A stretch of 64,000 nucleotides of DNA from Raillietiella orientalis (Eukaryota): assembly GCA_036172245.1 (NCBI GenBank), contig JAYWIR010000025.1, forward strand, positions 2,108,001 through 2,172,000, in the 5' to 3' direction. The notes under the pieces are model-generated. The model made no database searches. It worked only from the letters and a program-made list of their open reading frames with translations, and was not told where the DNA came from. A program made the position numbers and the translations under genes. Below are positions 31,276 through 44,000 of the stretch, in pieces. Each line of letters begins with the position of its first letter. Within the stretch, counting starts at the first letter, position 1.

Positions 31276-34200
31276 CGTGTCTTCCGCGCTGGTGCCCTCC
31301 GCACTTTCGTCCTTCGTGCGTGAATCGGCGGACGGACCTTCCTCTGGACCGGAGGTGCCGAACGTTGGAGAAGACACCTCCTGGGGTCGACCATAACAGA
31401 TAACTCCGTGGGGGTCCTCCCTGAACCAAGGGAGCGACGAAGGTTCCTCAGGGTGTCTCGCTATGGCTCCGGGGCGCGACCAGGTCTCCTCGTCGGCCAG
31501 CGAAACCGCCCTGGTCAGGGTGGTTCTGATCAGCTTGTAGGAGAGCAGATCCTCGCCCTCCTCCGCGTCTCCTCCCTCCTTCCTCAAACTCCTCCGCAGT
31601 GAGAGGAACTGGTCACTCCGGTGCGGGGGGAAGCCGGGGGAGCGACCGAGCGGCGGAGGGGTTGTCTTCCCGGAGAGACCCCCGGAGGCGGCCAGATCCT
31701 CGAGGGATCTCTTCCTGGATCCAAGGAACAGGTCTTCATCCTTCGCCAGACTCTCGAAGAGGGACTTCCGGATGCCTACTCGACCCCTAGGGACGGCCCC
31801 CAGGAAGCAGGAGGTGTTTCCGGAGGAGGGGCTCTTGCTAAGGTCCTGCCTTCCCTCTTCCTCGGCGCGGTCCGGAAGTCCCTCCGCGACCTCCGTCGTC
31901 GGCGTGCGCTTCCCGCTTCCCCTTTCAGGCCAGAGATCATCGGTTCCCGGTGGAGTCCCCTCTGGGCGGCCCACCCGGAGCGAGGAGGACTGATTCCGGA
32001 CGCCAGGGTCTGGGGAGTAGGCGTCGTCTCCAGTTTCGCGGGCGTCTTCCTTCTTGTCCGCGCTGGCGGAAAGAGCAAAGGAAGGAGGAATTCTGGAAGC
32101 GTCCTGGAAGTCTCCCTCCTCGCGGCCTCGCCTCCCTCGGGGTGCCTTGTCGGATGCCGCCACTTGGCGGACGGTGGCGTCTTGGGAGCCCTCGTTCCGG
32201 CGCTTCCAGGATTCCCGGCTCCTGTCACTCACTCCCGGAGGCGATTCCCGATGAGGAGGAGGAGGAGCGGACCGGGAACGCTCTTCCTGGAGAAGGACTT
32301 CCTTGCGAGGAGACTCACGTTCGGGGGAAGAGGGAGCAAGGGGCGGCGTCGGACGGCGTCGGCTGCCCACCGCCGCCGCGTTCCTTTCCGAGGAAGGGGG
32401 CGGTGGCGCCCTCCCGGAGCGTCCGTTGAGGAACTTCTGACTGCGGGAATCGAGGGGTCTACCCCCCTTTCTTGATTTGGCACCGGGGTCTCCTGCGCCC
32501 GGGCTTTCTCGCGACGTCTTCCTCACTACTCCTCCGCCCCCAGCGGCGATTTCAGGCGCGGCGGAACGGTCGTTGCTTTCCGCCGCCGCCTTGGCGCTGC
32601 TGCCGCTGCTGCTGCGTATGTCCAGGGTCCGGATCTTTCTCTGGCAGTCACTAAGCTTCCTGCAGCGGCTGGCCGCGAGCTCTGCCCTCCGTTCCTCCCG
32701 AGGGATCCCCGGTGCTGCTCCCTCGCCCGCTCCTTGGGGACTGCAGGGCGCGTCTGCGTCGACGGCGAAGGTCCCGCCGCTCTTCCTTCCGGCGCCAGCT
32801 GACCTCGGCGCCGAGGTAGCGGCGGCTTCGCCACCGAAACCGTCCGCCCTTGTGTCCCTGGCTCCCGGTCGGGAGCTCTTGGATGATCCCCGGCTCGTGC
32901 TCTGCGAAGGTTCTTCGCTGGACCGCGTCTCGACTTCTCTGGGAAGATCTGGACCACTTCCTGGTCCATCTAGGACAAGAGGGGGGTGGCCTCTGCCCTC
33001 CGGATGAAGGTTCCGGGCAACTTCGGTCGCGCCGCCCTTCCGGACCGACGACGACCCTCCGAAGTCACCGGGGTCGTTCGCCTGCGGGCTTCCCGGTCCG
33101 AACTCGACCGGGGAAGGCCCGCGGCGGTGCGTCTCGCCTACCATCCATTGCCCCATCACCTCGGATCCGCTGCGAATGCTGCTCACCCCGGACCGCAGAG
33201 CCATCTCGGAGGCCTTGCTGGGGGCTGTGCCGCCGCAGGCGCCTCTGTCCTCTCGCGGCTCCCCTCGCAGGGTAGCCGAGGTGCGGACGGACCGGTGGCG
33301 GGCTTCTCCCTCCGCTGTAGCCCCAGCACCCGGACCAGCCTGCTCCTCTCGGGGCTTCGTCTCTGCCCTTTCTGGCTTCCTTCCTCCTGTAGGAGTCCCG
33401 TGGACCCCTGGCTCCTCAGGAAATGCCCTCTGGAGAGAGTGCCCGGAGCCTTTGGTTGGCGAGGGCTCCGACCCCCGGCCACCTGGAGGGTGTCTCCTCT
33501 TGGCACTGCTTCCGCTGTCCCTCCGACGCTCTTCTGGGCTGCCTCGAGGTGCTTCGGAGCGTCCGTCCAGCCTGGCTTCGGGGCGTCGGAGACGCCCCGA
33601 GGTCAAGCCTCCCGGCGCCTCGGGTAGTCGCTCCAAGCCAGGTCCTTCGCAGGAGGCCCTCATAGGGACCTTCTTCCCCCTCCTGGGTTCGAAGGGGTCT
33701 TCCCTGGCAGCCTCCCTTCGAAGGGTACTGGGAGGCTGCTTCCCCGAGCTTTTCAGAGGGCTACTCCGATCCCCGGTGCCCGGGGACTGCTGGCCCCCAA
33801 ATTCCGGACGAGGGCAGACTCCTGCATCTCCGGGCACGCGCACGCCTACAGCATTCCCGGGCTTGGGGCGCGTCCCAGAAGATGCGGACGGGGCCGGGGA
33901 ACTTCCTGGCGCCCTCGCGCCTCTTGCGGGACGCCACCATGGGGACGGCGACGGAGGGACCCGCTGCTCCTCGGGGGCAGGGGGCGGGGTGGTTCCTGCA
34001 GCTATCCCCGTCGTTTCCTCCAAGGGTCTCTCTCCCCTTGGAGTCCGCGCCCTGCCTTTCGTGAACACCAGGATGCCCGAGAATTCCTTCCGTTCCCAGA
34101 GGGGGTCGGCGGTCCCGAAGAGCGCTTCTGAGGTAACCGGGTCTCCGGGGGGGAGAAGGTGGCCGCGCCTGGCCGCCTTCCGGCTTCCAGCGTCCTCGGT

Positions 34201-35046
34201 TGATCCGCGAGCGTCGTCTTCCGCCAAAAAGTGCCCGCGGGCGGCGGCTCCTCCCCTGTCGATTTCCGTCCTCCTCGGGGACAGATGGGCCTTCGCGCCA
34301 AGCGGAGTGCACTTGAACTTCTCGTGGTCGGCCCCCTTGAGGCTGCTGCTGACTTTCTCCACGTCCACTCCCGAGAGCCTCTTGCCCGGGTCGGCCGATG
34401 CAGACCTCCTGTCGGGAGCCCACATTTTCAAGATGGCATCTTTTCGAGCCCTGGAGCTGCAGGTCGGGTTTAGGTAGCCTCGGCTCTCAGACTTCCTTCT
34501 GTTGCCCTCTGGTGGTGTCGGCCTGCTCGGCGCCGCGGGGAGCTCCGTTTCCGCCTCCTCCGGAGGGAGCCGGGAGCGCGGGGACGCTCCTTGCCGCTCT
34601 CTCCGGGAGACGTGGTCCCGCCATCCGCTGCCTTCGGAGCTCCGAACGGCCCTGAATGCCCGGGGGGGCGATCCGTTTGTCCCTGACGCCTCGCGGGGAG
34701 CATCACTACTGCCAGCTGCTGCTCCTCCTCCGGCGGTGTGGCCGCCGCCGCCGCCCCAGGGGCGTTCTTCCGGCAGGTCGAGCTCTTTCCTCTCGTCCTT
34801 CTCCTCGGGAAGGGATGGTGGCGCGAGCTCGCCCGGCCGGGCAAAGATGGCTCCGCAGTCGCTGCGTTCCCCCGTGACCTCTGCTGAAGAAGACGCCATC
34901 AGACGGCCGGACCAGGCGGCGTGGTAGGCGCCGCCGTCTTCCGCAGCTTCGCAGCCCTCGTAGAGCTCCCGCAAGTTCTGCTCGCGCAGCTTCGACATCC
35001 GCGTGCGGATCCTCTTCTTTTCGCCGAAGTCGAGGGTGGTCAGCCA
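31276..35046 (-). CDS. Smoothelin-like protein, giant exon (3771 nt, 1257 codons, phase 0-0)
   Basis: Acceptor ttccgcgttccag|TGG at 35046 and donor ACG|gtgagt at 31276. It starts WLTTLDFGEKKRIRTRMSKLREQNLRELYE, matching the arthropod smoothelin-family N-terminal motif as I recall it (W..T.DFG.KK.IR..M.KLRE..L...Y). The remainder is S/R/P/G/E-rich. Confidence 0.8.
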
Positions 35047-35658
35047 CTGGAACGCGGAAGCAGAAACGTCAGGCTGACCCCGGCATTGAACTCTGAGAGC
35101 GCGCCCCTCCGCATCGGGTGCACTCTCCGGGGACTCCCGTAAGACAAGGACGGTGAATCCGGAGGATGCAGACTCCTCTCCTTCCGTGCCACCCCGGCAC
35201 CCGCTGGTTCCACGAGCGGCACCTGCGCGTGCGCCCGGAGAATCTGCTCCCCGTCTTTTGCTCAGCGGCTCTGTCGAACGGGGCGTCTCCTAAGGATCTG
35301 TGTCCCTTAGAGACCTCTCTAGGCTTCCCGAACGCGAATGCTGCTGCCCTAGGAGCTCGAGAGGCATAGTACGCGGAGCTGACCGCCAGAGAGCGCAACC
35401 TTTGCTAAATCACGGAGGGGGTGGAGAGGGAAGGAAAGGGAACAGCTCCGACAACTGCCTGATAAGGCATGGGGGGAGGGAGCACGAAAGAAAAGCAACT
35501 GTACCGTCGGAAGACCCCCATTTTGGAAAGAAGGCGTTCGCGGTGCCGCAAGAACCCAGTAGAAACCTTCCCTGTTTTGGGTCTCTTCACCCGGTCCAGA
35601 ACCTACTCTCCAGGCTCCTGCACTTGCGACCCCGTCCCGCAGCGACCCCAGAACTCAC

Positions 35659-35747
35659 CATTTTGCGAAGGATGTTCTCATCCTGAACCACCTCCGGGTC
35701 CAGGTAGTCCGAGGGATCGTCCAGGAATGGAGGGAAGGTCTTCTTAC
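35659..35747 (-). CDS. Smoothelin-like protein, 89-nt exon
   Basis: ctttatctttcag|...KKTFPPFLDDPSDYLDPEVVQDENILRKM|gtgagt. DENILRKM joins in phase 0 to WLTTLDFG and completes the smoothelin motif. Confidence 0.8.
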
Positions 35748-38267
35748 CTGAAAGATAAAGCAGTTCGGATAAGAGGCAGCGGGGAAGTCGGAAAGAGTCG
35801 AGTGGGAAGGAAGGAGGTGGCAGGAGCGACGGCTGAGGAACAGAGACGGCGGAAGGGAACGGTCCGTTCTCAACCCTCTCCTTTCGGACGGTGGGCAAAC
35901 CGAGCGACTCGCGGAAAGCCAAAAAGAGTTGCGAGCGCGGGCACAAACAGCACCATCATCACCATCGTCATCAGCAACAAGAAGAAGAAGAAAAAGGAAA
36001 AGAGCACCATCAGCAGCAGAATCAAGAAGAAAACCGAAGAGCAGCAGTAGCAAGGTTCCTATTCCAAGCGACATGGTGCATTCCTGAAGAGAGTGGAGGC
36101 TGCTAATGCTGAACGAGTGTTGCTAGACTGCATCTTATGTGAACGGGTGGGCACAGGAGTCGCGGTGGACAGAGGGTAGGGGAAGAACGGTTTTTGCTCT
36201 GTAGGGATGGACGACAAACAGGTCATGCCGATAGGTGTAAAGTTGGAGGAAGGGAGTCTCTCTCCCACACTGACCCTTGGGGTCATTGTGGGAGAGGGTG
36301 ACTGACTCGAAGGTCCCGAGTTCGAGACAAGTAAGGTGTTGGCTTCTTTCTCCCTTGCGTCCCCTTTCCATCTCCCTCCGAGGAGACTCGTTCGGGACGC
36401 CGCTGCCAGAGGATGGGACCATCGAAGGAACGGGAACGAGCAACGGAATGGGTGTGCGCAGGGAGGGTGGCCAAATTGCACTTTCATCGGTGGTGCCCTA
36501 GGAGCTTTCGCAGGGACCGTATCGCGGAAATGGACCGATGGTGTCCACCACCTTCCTTCCTCCCGTGGATTCGGGGTCATCCCCCGCCTGACGGACGTCG
36601 GTAGTCCGAGTCTCACAGAGGGGTGTCGACCCACTCCCCCTCTAGCCAGCTGAGCATGGAGGAGGCCGAGAGGCAGAGGGCGGGCGAGGTATGTTCCACC
36701 GCAGGGAAGACGAGCAAAGAGACTCATTCTCCCCCGGCCGTAGACGTCGCGGAAAAATCTCCGGGGGAGAATGAGTACATCCCTGTCACTCCCGTCCTCT
36801 TTCCTCCTCGTTCTTCCGCGGGAGCTGTCTAACGAATGGTCGTGAGTGAACGGTTTTTCCACGTGACCCTTCTCGGAGAGGGTACTGAATGGGGATGGAA
36901 TGAGGGTGAAGATGAGGACGAGGGAGGGGAGGAGGAGACGGCAGCAGACCGTCTGAGCGACAGCCGCTGCCTCCGGGGGAGCGGTGGCGTCGCCGTTCCG
37001 GAGAAGTTCTGGGACGGAGGGGGGTGCGCCATCTGGGAGAAGGGGAAGGGTGAGAAGATGGGGACCACGAAGTGCTTGTCGCGACGTGATTAGCGGGATC
37101 CCTCTCGTCCTCCCCCACCCTTCCCTTTTCCTCCCGTGATGTGCCCGCCCGGAGTGCGGGGATTCGGAGGCAGGCCTGGAAGCCGAGTGGAGAAGATCGG
37201 GGAGCCACGTGAGGAGGATGCATAAGCTAAGCAGCAGCGCACTCAGAGAATGAGGTCGGCCGTGCGGAGCAGCCGCTTGGCTCACAGGCCGACCTCATTG
37301 TCTCCCCCCGATATCCCTTCTTCCTCCCCTCCTTCCTTCCTTTTTTCCTCCTTTTCCTTTCCGTTCCTCTTCTTCCATCCTCCCAAGGCGTGTTTTCCGC
37401 ATCAGCGAGCAGTTGCCACCCTCTGGAGACGACGTTGCTAACGTAAACAACGCCAGCATCGCCGGAGTATTTATAGCGCCGAGCACCCGCTCTTCTCGGA
37501 AGTTTACCCGACCGGCTGCCGGGGTGCGCCGCTCGCTCACCGAGACCTACTTTCCCATAAACGGCAAAGCCGACGTCCCCGCTCCGTGAGTGGCTCACGG
37601 CGGCCTTCGCCGGTACTCGTCGCGGAGGGGGAGAAGGAGGAGGAGATGCGCGATCCGTCCCAGAGCCCATCTTTCTTCCCTTTTCCCATGCTTCCCCCCC
37701 CTCCTCCCCCCAGATGTGGCTTCCGTTTCCTTAAGCCGAGAGCGGGATAGGAGGAGGGGGAGACCTCCACCCGGGTGCCAGCCCTGAAATTCCCGCTGCT
37801 GGTGGCTGCAGGTCTCCCCGATCCTGAGAGCGAAACGAGCCGAGGACGAGCGAGGACGCTCCATGTCGGAGTGCTGCAGAGAGCGGGGCGGGTCTTTTAC
37901 CATCCACGGGGGTGGGTGAGAGGGAGAAGGCGGGCCGAGCGAGTCGCCTCAGGGCTCCTTCTTCAGGCTCGGTTTGAAACCCCGCTGCCACTTGTTGAAG
38001 CCGTCCCTGGTTGCCACGGCAACCAGAAGCGGAGCGAGCGCTGTGAACCGCGGAGTCCTGCCGGGCGGGGGAGGTCGCGGCTCTCTCGGGTGTCGACCCT
38101 CGAGCGACCCCGCGCCGCTTCGTCCTGATTAGGACGGAGCGTCTTACACTCGGCGGAGGCGGCGACGAGGTGCGCCCCAGAGTCCGCTTGCCTTCTGCAT
38201 TTTCCTTCTTCTTGCTGCTGCTGCTCTTCTTGTTGTTGTTGTTTCTGTTGCTGCTCTTCTTCTTTTG

Positions 38268-39136
38268 CTTGTTTCTGCTGCTGCTGGTTCTCTTTTCCTT
38301 CTTCTTGGTGCTTCTTGCTTTTCTTCTTGATGCGGCTTCCTGCTTTGCAGCGTGTCTTCGCCCCGGAAGTGCTAGAGAACCGTTCGCCTCCTTGGGAGGT
38401 CACGGAACTCTTCGACTCTGGTCCCCGCCACCCGAGGGGGCGCGCGTGATTCTTCAGTTAACCCTTCTCAGACCATTCTTCAAGGCACTGTGGGGATCCC
38501 CAGGTGGGTCCATTCGGACTGCCCCACAGACTGTCCCTTCTGTTCCCTCTTCTTCGGAGGGAGCCCTCAAGGGAACCGCTCCTCGTTTCCTCCTCCTGTG
38601 AAGAGAATCCCAAAAGGAGCTCCCCGAAGAGAGCAGGCGATTCCCGAAGGAGGGTTTGATACCCTCAAGGAGGGAGTATCAACCAGCTTCATGGAGATGG
38701 AGATGAGGGCCTACTCGGGTGGGAGCACGGGGGGGAAAACTCGGTCGCGGGGTCGGACCCACGGGAGGAAGAAGGTGACCCCGACTTCAGATCATGGGCA
38801 CGAGCGCCAGTTTCTGTGAGCGCCCAGACCTCGTGACCTCGTCTCTCAGGACAGCTCTTTCCCAACAACGGGTGAACTCCCGGATAGAAGCATGGAAAAC
38901 GCCGTCTCCGTCCTCGGACGAGGGCGCAGCGGCAGCTTTCTCGACTCGCAGCGCTATCATGGAAACGAGGAAGAGGAGAGCACCATCAGCAGATCTGTCC
39001 TGCTGATGGTGCTATTTTCCTTCTTGCTTCTGCTGCCGATACTCTTCTTGTTTCTGCTGCTGGTGGTTCTCTTTTCCTTCTTCTTAATGCTACTGCTTCT
39101 TGCTCTTCTTGATGCGGCTTCCTGCTTTGCAGCGTG
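38268..39136. repeat. Two diverged direct copies (about 38268-38355 and 39047-39136) of a CTT/CTG-rich unit; related inverted sequence at about 35945-36050
   Basis: Both copies share cttgtttctgctgctg...gttctcttttccttcttctt...tcttcttgatgcggcttcctgctttgcagcgtgt. The motif aaggaaaa(g/t)agcaccatcagcag occurs in opposite orientations at about 35995 and 39000-39022. Confidence 0.8.
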
Positions 39137-40879
39137 TTGTCGCCTTTCCGACACTCCGAGTGCCTGACTCTCTTTCAAGAGGATGCTGTCGAGTACACGA
39201 ATACCCTGCGGCTGACTCCCGAAATTCGACAGTGACCCGGGCGCTTCCTTTCGGCGCGCAAGAACAGGACATCGACCCTCCGCAACCCGCCCTCGGCAGC
39301 AAGAGGAGGCACGCGGAACCGCTGTTATCCGGATGGTTTTCTCGCAGAAGAGTAGAGTCCCTTTGAATCTCCACAGCCTCTCAAGAGCATGCCGAAAGGG
39401 GTGTGGAGGCCATCGGAACCGCTGTTGAAGTCACCCGGCGGAATTCAGAGAGGTTCTCGGGGCCGACAGGTGAGCAGGCAATCCAGTGAGAAGTCGCGGG
39501 GGGGCGGAGAACTCGAGTGTTGGTCACCCTTGCGCAATTGGAAGGTCACACGGCCCTTCGGAGGTCAAGCGGTGCCGCTTCTTCTTCATTCTGCGTGCGC
39601 GCACGATCTTCGAGGGATACTCGGGGTGTTGCGAAACCACAAACCTCGCGCGCTGCTTTGTCTTTCGGGGTCTCGGGCGTGACCCCGGAAAGGGACGAGT
39701 CCCCCCACCCTTCGGGATGAAAACATCTCGTGGGGAAGCAGCAGTTCCCTCAGACAAGCCGAAAGAGTGCGGCGAGGTTGGAGCACCCGCAAGAGCGCGA
39801 GCGAGCCGAAGTGACAACCGTCGGCGAGGGTTGAGGCAAGCAGGCCAAGAAACGAGACGCGCAGCCCCCGTCGACGCCACTGCCTCCGTCACCCACTGGC
39901 TCCGGGAGGGCAGGAAACCGCAAGCAGTGATGAAGAGCCATCCAGGGAAGGGGAAATGAAGGAGAGGGTGACTGAGGAGTAGAGCGAAGAGGTTCCGGTT
40001 TCAGATGGTCTGGTGGCGAGCAAGACGGCAGCAGCATGGTGGCAGGTCCATCCGTCGAGTTCTCGGTCTCTGGCGACTGGTAGCTCACGGGGTTCCAGCC
40101 AAAAGTCGAGGTGAGGAATCGCCTCCGGGGAAAGCAGCGCCTCTCTCTGGGGCGCTCAGCGTCACAAGGTGGCAGCTGCGTGCGGGTATGGAGGCTGCCT
40201 CTTGTTTGCATCTTGTTCCAGCCTTGTTCTTCCCTTCTTCTCCCCTTTGCTTTTCTCCCAGCTTCTTCGTCGACCGCGTGAAACTGAGGCCTTCTGTTCT
40301 CCGTCTTCTTGCCGGGGGCTGCTGCCACCGCTTGTGGTTCTTCGCTTCACGTTTCTTCAGGGTTTCCTGAGCGGCGTCCCGACCCAGAACGTGGGTGGCA
40401 TGGGAAACCCACAGCGGCGGGGGGATGGATCGGCGGCCGCGTGCCATCTCGCGGGATACATTCTTGAAGTCCAGCTGCCCCTGGCCTATGCCATCACATC
40501 TGCACAGCGCCTCCATCCTCCTTAGAGCCGCCGCCCCTGTGAGAGAGGGTCGTTCGAACTGTTCGGTGCTGGTGCGCTTGCGCGGATGACCGCCTCGTGC
40601 CAAAGCGTAGGCTGCATTCCGCCCACCTCTCTTCGTTATGTTTGTCTGAGGTTCCCGTTTCGCTCTTGGACCGTCCACTACCTTTGCCCTCTCAGCCCTG
40701 AAGAGTAGCAGCAGCTGTCCTCTTGGTTCCTCTTCCTGCTGGCTCTTCGACCCTTCATTCCTAACCCCCCCCTCCAGGTTGGAGATCTCTCCTTGCAGCC
40801 CCCTGCCTTGTCTCCAGCAGGAAACTCGAATCGACGACTTGCGCAATGGTGGTGCAGCGAAAGACATGGCTTTCTGGAA

Positions 40880-41031
40880 GAGGATGGGTTTCGCACTCTC
40901 CTCCTATCCCTTCTCAGCATCGAATTTGGGGGAGAGAAGGGAATGAAGGGAGATGCAATTCGGGAGACGGTCGGGTTGCTCAACGCGCAGCGCTTCCAGT
41001 AGGAGGGAGCGTTCCAGGGAATATCCGTCAC
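40880..41031 (-). mobile_element. Possible decayed hAT transposase C-terminal dimerisation fragment
   Basis: NAPSYWKRCALSNPTVSRIASPFIPFSPPNS resembles hAT PLxWWKxxxxxxPxLSxxAxxxLxIPATS. Confidence 0.4.
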
Positions 41032-44000
41032 TCATCCCGCGAGGTCCCTTTTCCAGAGGATGCCAGAGGATGCTGCCGGAAAGTCGGTCTCTTCCTGTCA
41101 GTACCACTCTTGTCGACGTCCCGTATCCCCATTCCACCCCTTCCAGCCCCGTCGCGACGCAGTCGATTTGGCTGAGAGGTTGACCTTCCCCGTTTCAGCT
41201 CAGGCTACTGCGGTACCCCGAGACGCCCAGTTTCCAGTTGGCACGGTCGGCTGGAACAGAATGCGTGGTCCTCGGGGCGTTTTCGAAACCGTCGTCTTCT
41301 GGCCGAATGTTGGCGCACCAACGAAGGGACACGCGCCAGGAACCAGAGGTCGCTTGCCAGAGGTGCTTCGTCCGGGTGACGAGGGGTGCCGACCGGTCAC
41401 TCCGACCGCTCGCTGCCCGGGAGCGATCGGGTTTCGTCCGTAAGACCTCCCACCTGCGGGAGACGGACATAGACGCCCTTGATACGGATGCGCTCCAGGT
41501 GCGGTTGACTTGCTCCAGGGTTTGCCTGGCGCATCCTAGATCTCAGCCTCCTCTCTCGTCTTCCGTGATGCTGGAGGCGGCAGGCCCGTGCTCGCGTCTT
41601 CGTTTTTCCAGGATACTTCGAGCAGTAGTGATGCCTTTCAGGGAGATGCTATGTCTTCCGGGTCAGGCAGCGAGAAGTCGCCTGGCCCGGCGCACTCTCG
41701 GACAACAGGGGAGCGGTGCGAGAGACCATGGGGAGGGGCAGTTGCAGGGGGCATTCCCTTCTTTCCGGTAGAGCAACCTTCCTCCCGCTCCCCGCTCGGG
41801 AATTCAGGGACCTCGGAAGTCCTGGGTCCAGGGAATTCTTGAGGATCTTAGCAAACCCGCTGCCTGCTGCCTTGGCGATTCGCGCGGCTGTCCCTTCTTC
41901 TTCGCCACTGTCCCGAAGAAGGAACCCTCACAGATGGCCTTCAGGCCGGCTGTGGGTTCCCTTCTTTCGTGTGCAGGGTGCGCTGCGCTCGGGACTCTCA
42001 GCAGAGATGGCGGCCACAGAGGCGACGGCTTGCCGCTCCCGAGTTGAGGGATTCACGGGGCACCGGTGGGCGGCTTGCTCTCCTGCTCGCGGGCCGACCG
42101 GACACCTCTCGGTTTCATCGAGATTTTCGCTCCCACCTTCCCAAGGGAAGAGGGAGAGGAGAAGGAAAAAAAAAGAAAACCTCCTCTCCTGGTTTCGTCT
42201 GCGTCTGTGTCCGCAAGGCGCTACCACGCTCTTCCCCGCGGCGGTCCTGGGGCACGAAAGCTGCCGGCATTCGGATAGACGGGAAGGAGAGCAGCACGCG
42301 ACCATGACTCCCCATCGTTCTCTTCTTACCGAGGCGAGGGTCGTCTCCTCCCCTCGGTCGGTGCGCCCGGCCTCGAAGAAGGTTCTAGAGAGAGTGGAGC
42401 CCTTAGACGCGCCCGTGTGCCTCGACTTGCCGCTTCGCGCGGGAGAGGCTTCCTTCTTGGCCCCATCAGCTGGCCCCTTGAAGCTGTGGCGAAAGAGTCC
42501 ACATGCGTGGGAGGGGGGTAGAGGGAGAGAACTTCTCGAAACCGTGGTATCCTGCTCTCTGAGAGAGAGAGAGAAAAAAAACAACAACAGGCGGAGGTCG
42601 GAGGAGAGGTGGAGGGGGAAGTAGGATCGACTCCGTTTCGTTTCCAGGAACTCTCCAAACATAGGGAGGACGCCTGACAGACCTCGGCGCCTCTGGAGCG
42701 GAAAAACTGCCAGGGATCCACGGATTGGCGGCAGCCATCATAGGAGCCACCGCGGAGCGGGAGAGACCAGCGCAGAGGTCCTGCTCACTATGGCCACTCG
42801 TCGGGAAAGCAGCAGACTCCCGCCGCGTTCCTGCCGCCAGGGTACCGCCCAAGAACGCCTACTCCTCGTTACCGCGCAGATGAACGCCAAAGCGCAACCG
42901 AAATCTGTACCGACGTGGGCGCTAGGAATTTGGGGGTGCCAGCTGCGCCCAAGTGCTCGGATGCGAGCTCACGAGGGATTATGATAACGATAATGCTGAT
43001 TGGCACCTCGACGGACAGCAAATCATGCTTATCGGATGCACGTGATTTTTCACCCACCCGGCTCGCATCCCCCCCCCTCCCAGTCCGCTTGGTGGTCACC
43101 TCGCACGGGGCGACTCTCTTGCCCGTGCGCGCTGCATGCCCTCCCTTACGCCAGGCGGGCTCGCGGGCTGCTGGCGTTCTCCGCTGCTAAACAGCAGACG
43201 GCGGGAGGAGTGCCATGGCTGCAGATCAGTCGGGCATCACAGTCTCGTGTCTTGGCAACTGACGCCTGACGTGCTTTCTCATCTCCTTCCGTCGGAACTT
43301 TTGCGGAAAACTGATTTCATGCTAGGCTGTCAAAGTCGTGATTAGGCGAGAGGGGACCACTTTTCTTCGGCTGCCACGCTCCCGTCCGCTCGGATCAATT
43401 GGCTCACGACTCTTTGCCATGTCCTACAGAACCATCTATGAAACGAACTCCGAATCTTCCGATGCCTAGAGTGCCTGATGCAGACATCAAAAAATCCCGT
43501 CATGGAAAATACGTGCGCGCGCGTGCAAACGCAGATTCCCCGTCCGGTCTAGGTGTGCTCACGTGTCGGGGAGATCATGACCCGCGTGAGACAGCGGGGA
43601 CGCGTAGGGAGAGATCGGTGTCTCCTCCTGGTGCCGCAACTCCACGCCCGATCCTGACATTCAGATTTTGTTGCTGCTGTTGCCCTAAGACACCCTTCCT
43701 CTCCTCCCGTCTCGTTGGGCAGACTTTCGATCGTTCAGGGCGCGAACAGGCCGCTTGCGGACGGGCGCCTCCCGCCGTGCTTGTGGCACAGATTTTATGC
43801 ATGGTTCGTGATCCTTTCACCCTCCGGAAACCAGGGAGCGACGCTTCCGCAAGCCGAACATCGCTGTTGCTGCCAGAGATGGAGAGGCTGCCTGGAGCCC
43901 TGCTGCACGACTCCCGCTACCTCCCTGCCGCTCCTGTCCGGTCGTGCGCGGAAGCGCACGAAGGAACAGCACGCGCGCCACACGCTCCATCGCCTCGTAC

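Noticed and set aside
40330..40620. Possible LINE RT remnant on the minus strand ('GQLDFKNV')
   Set aside because: Only a few residues resemble the LDFxxAFD motif; not supportable without a search.
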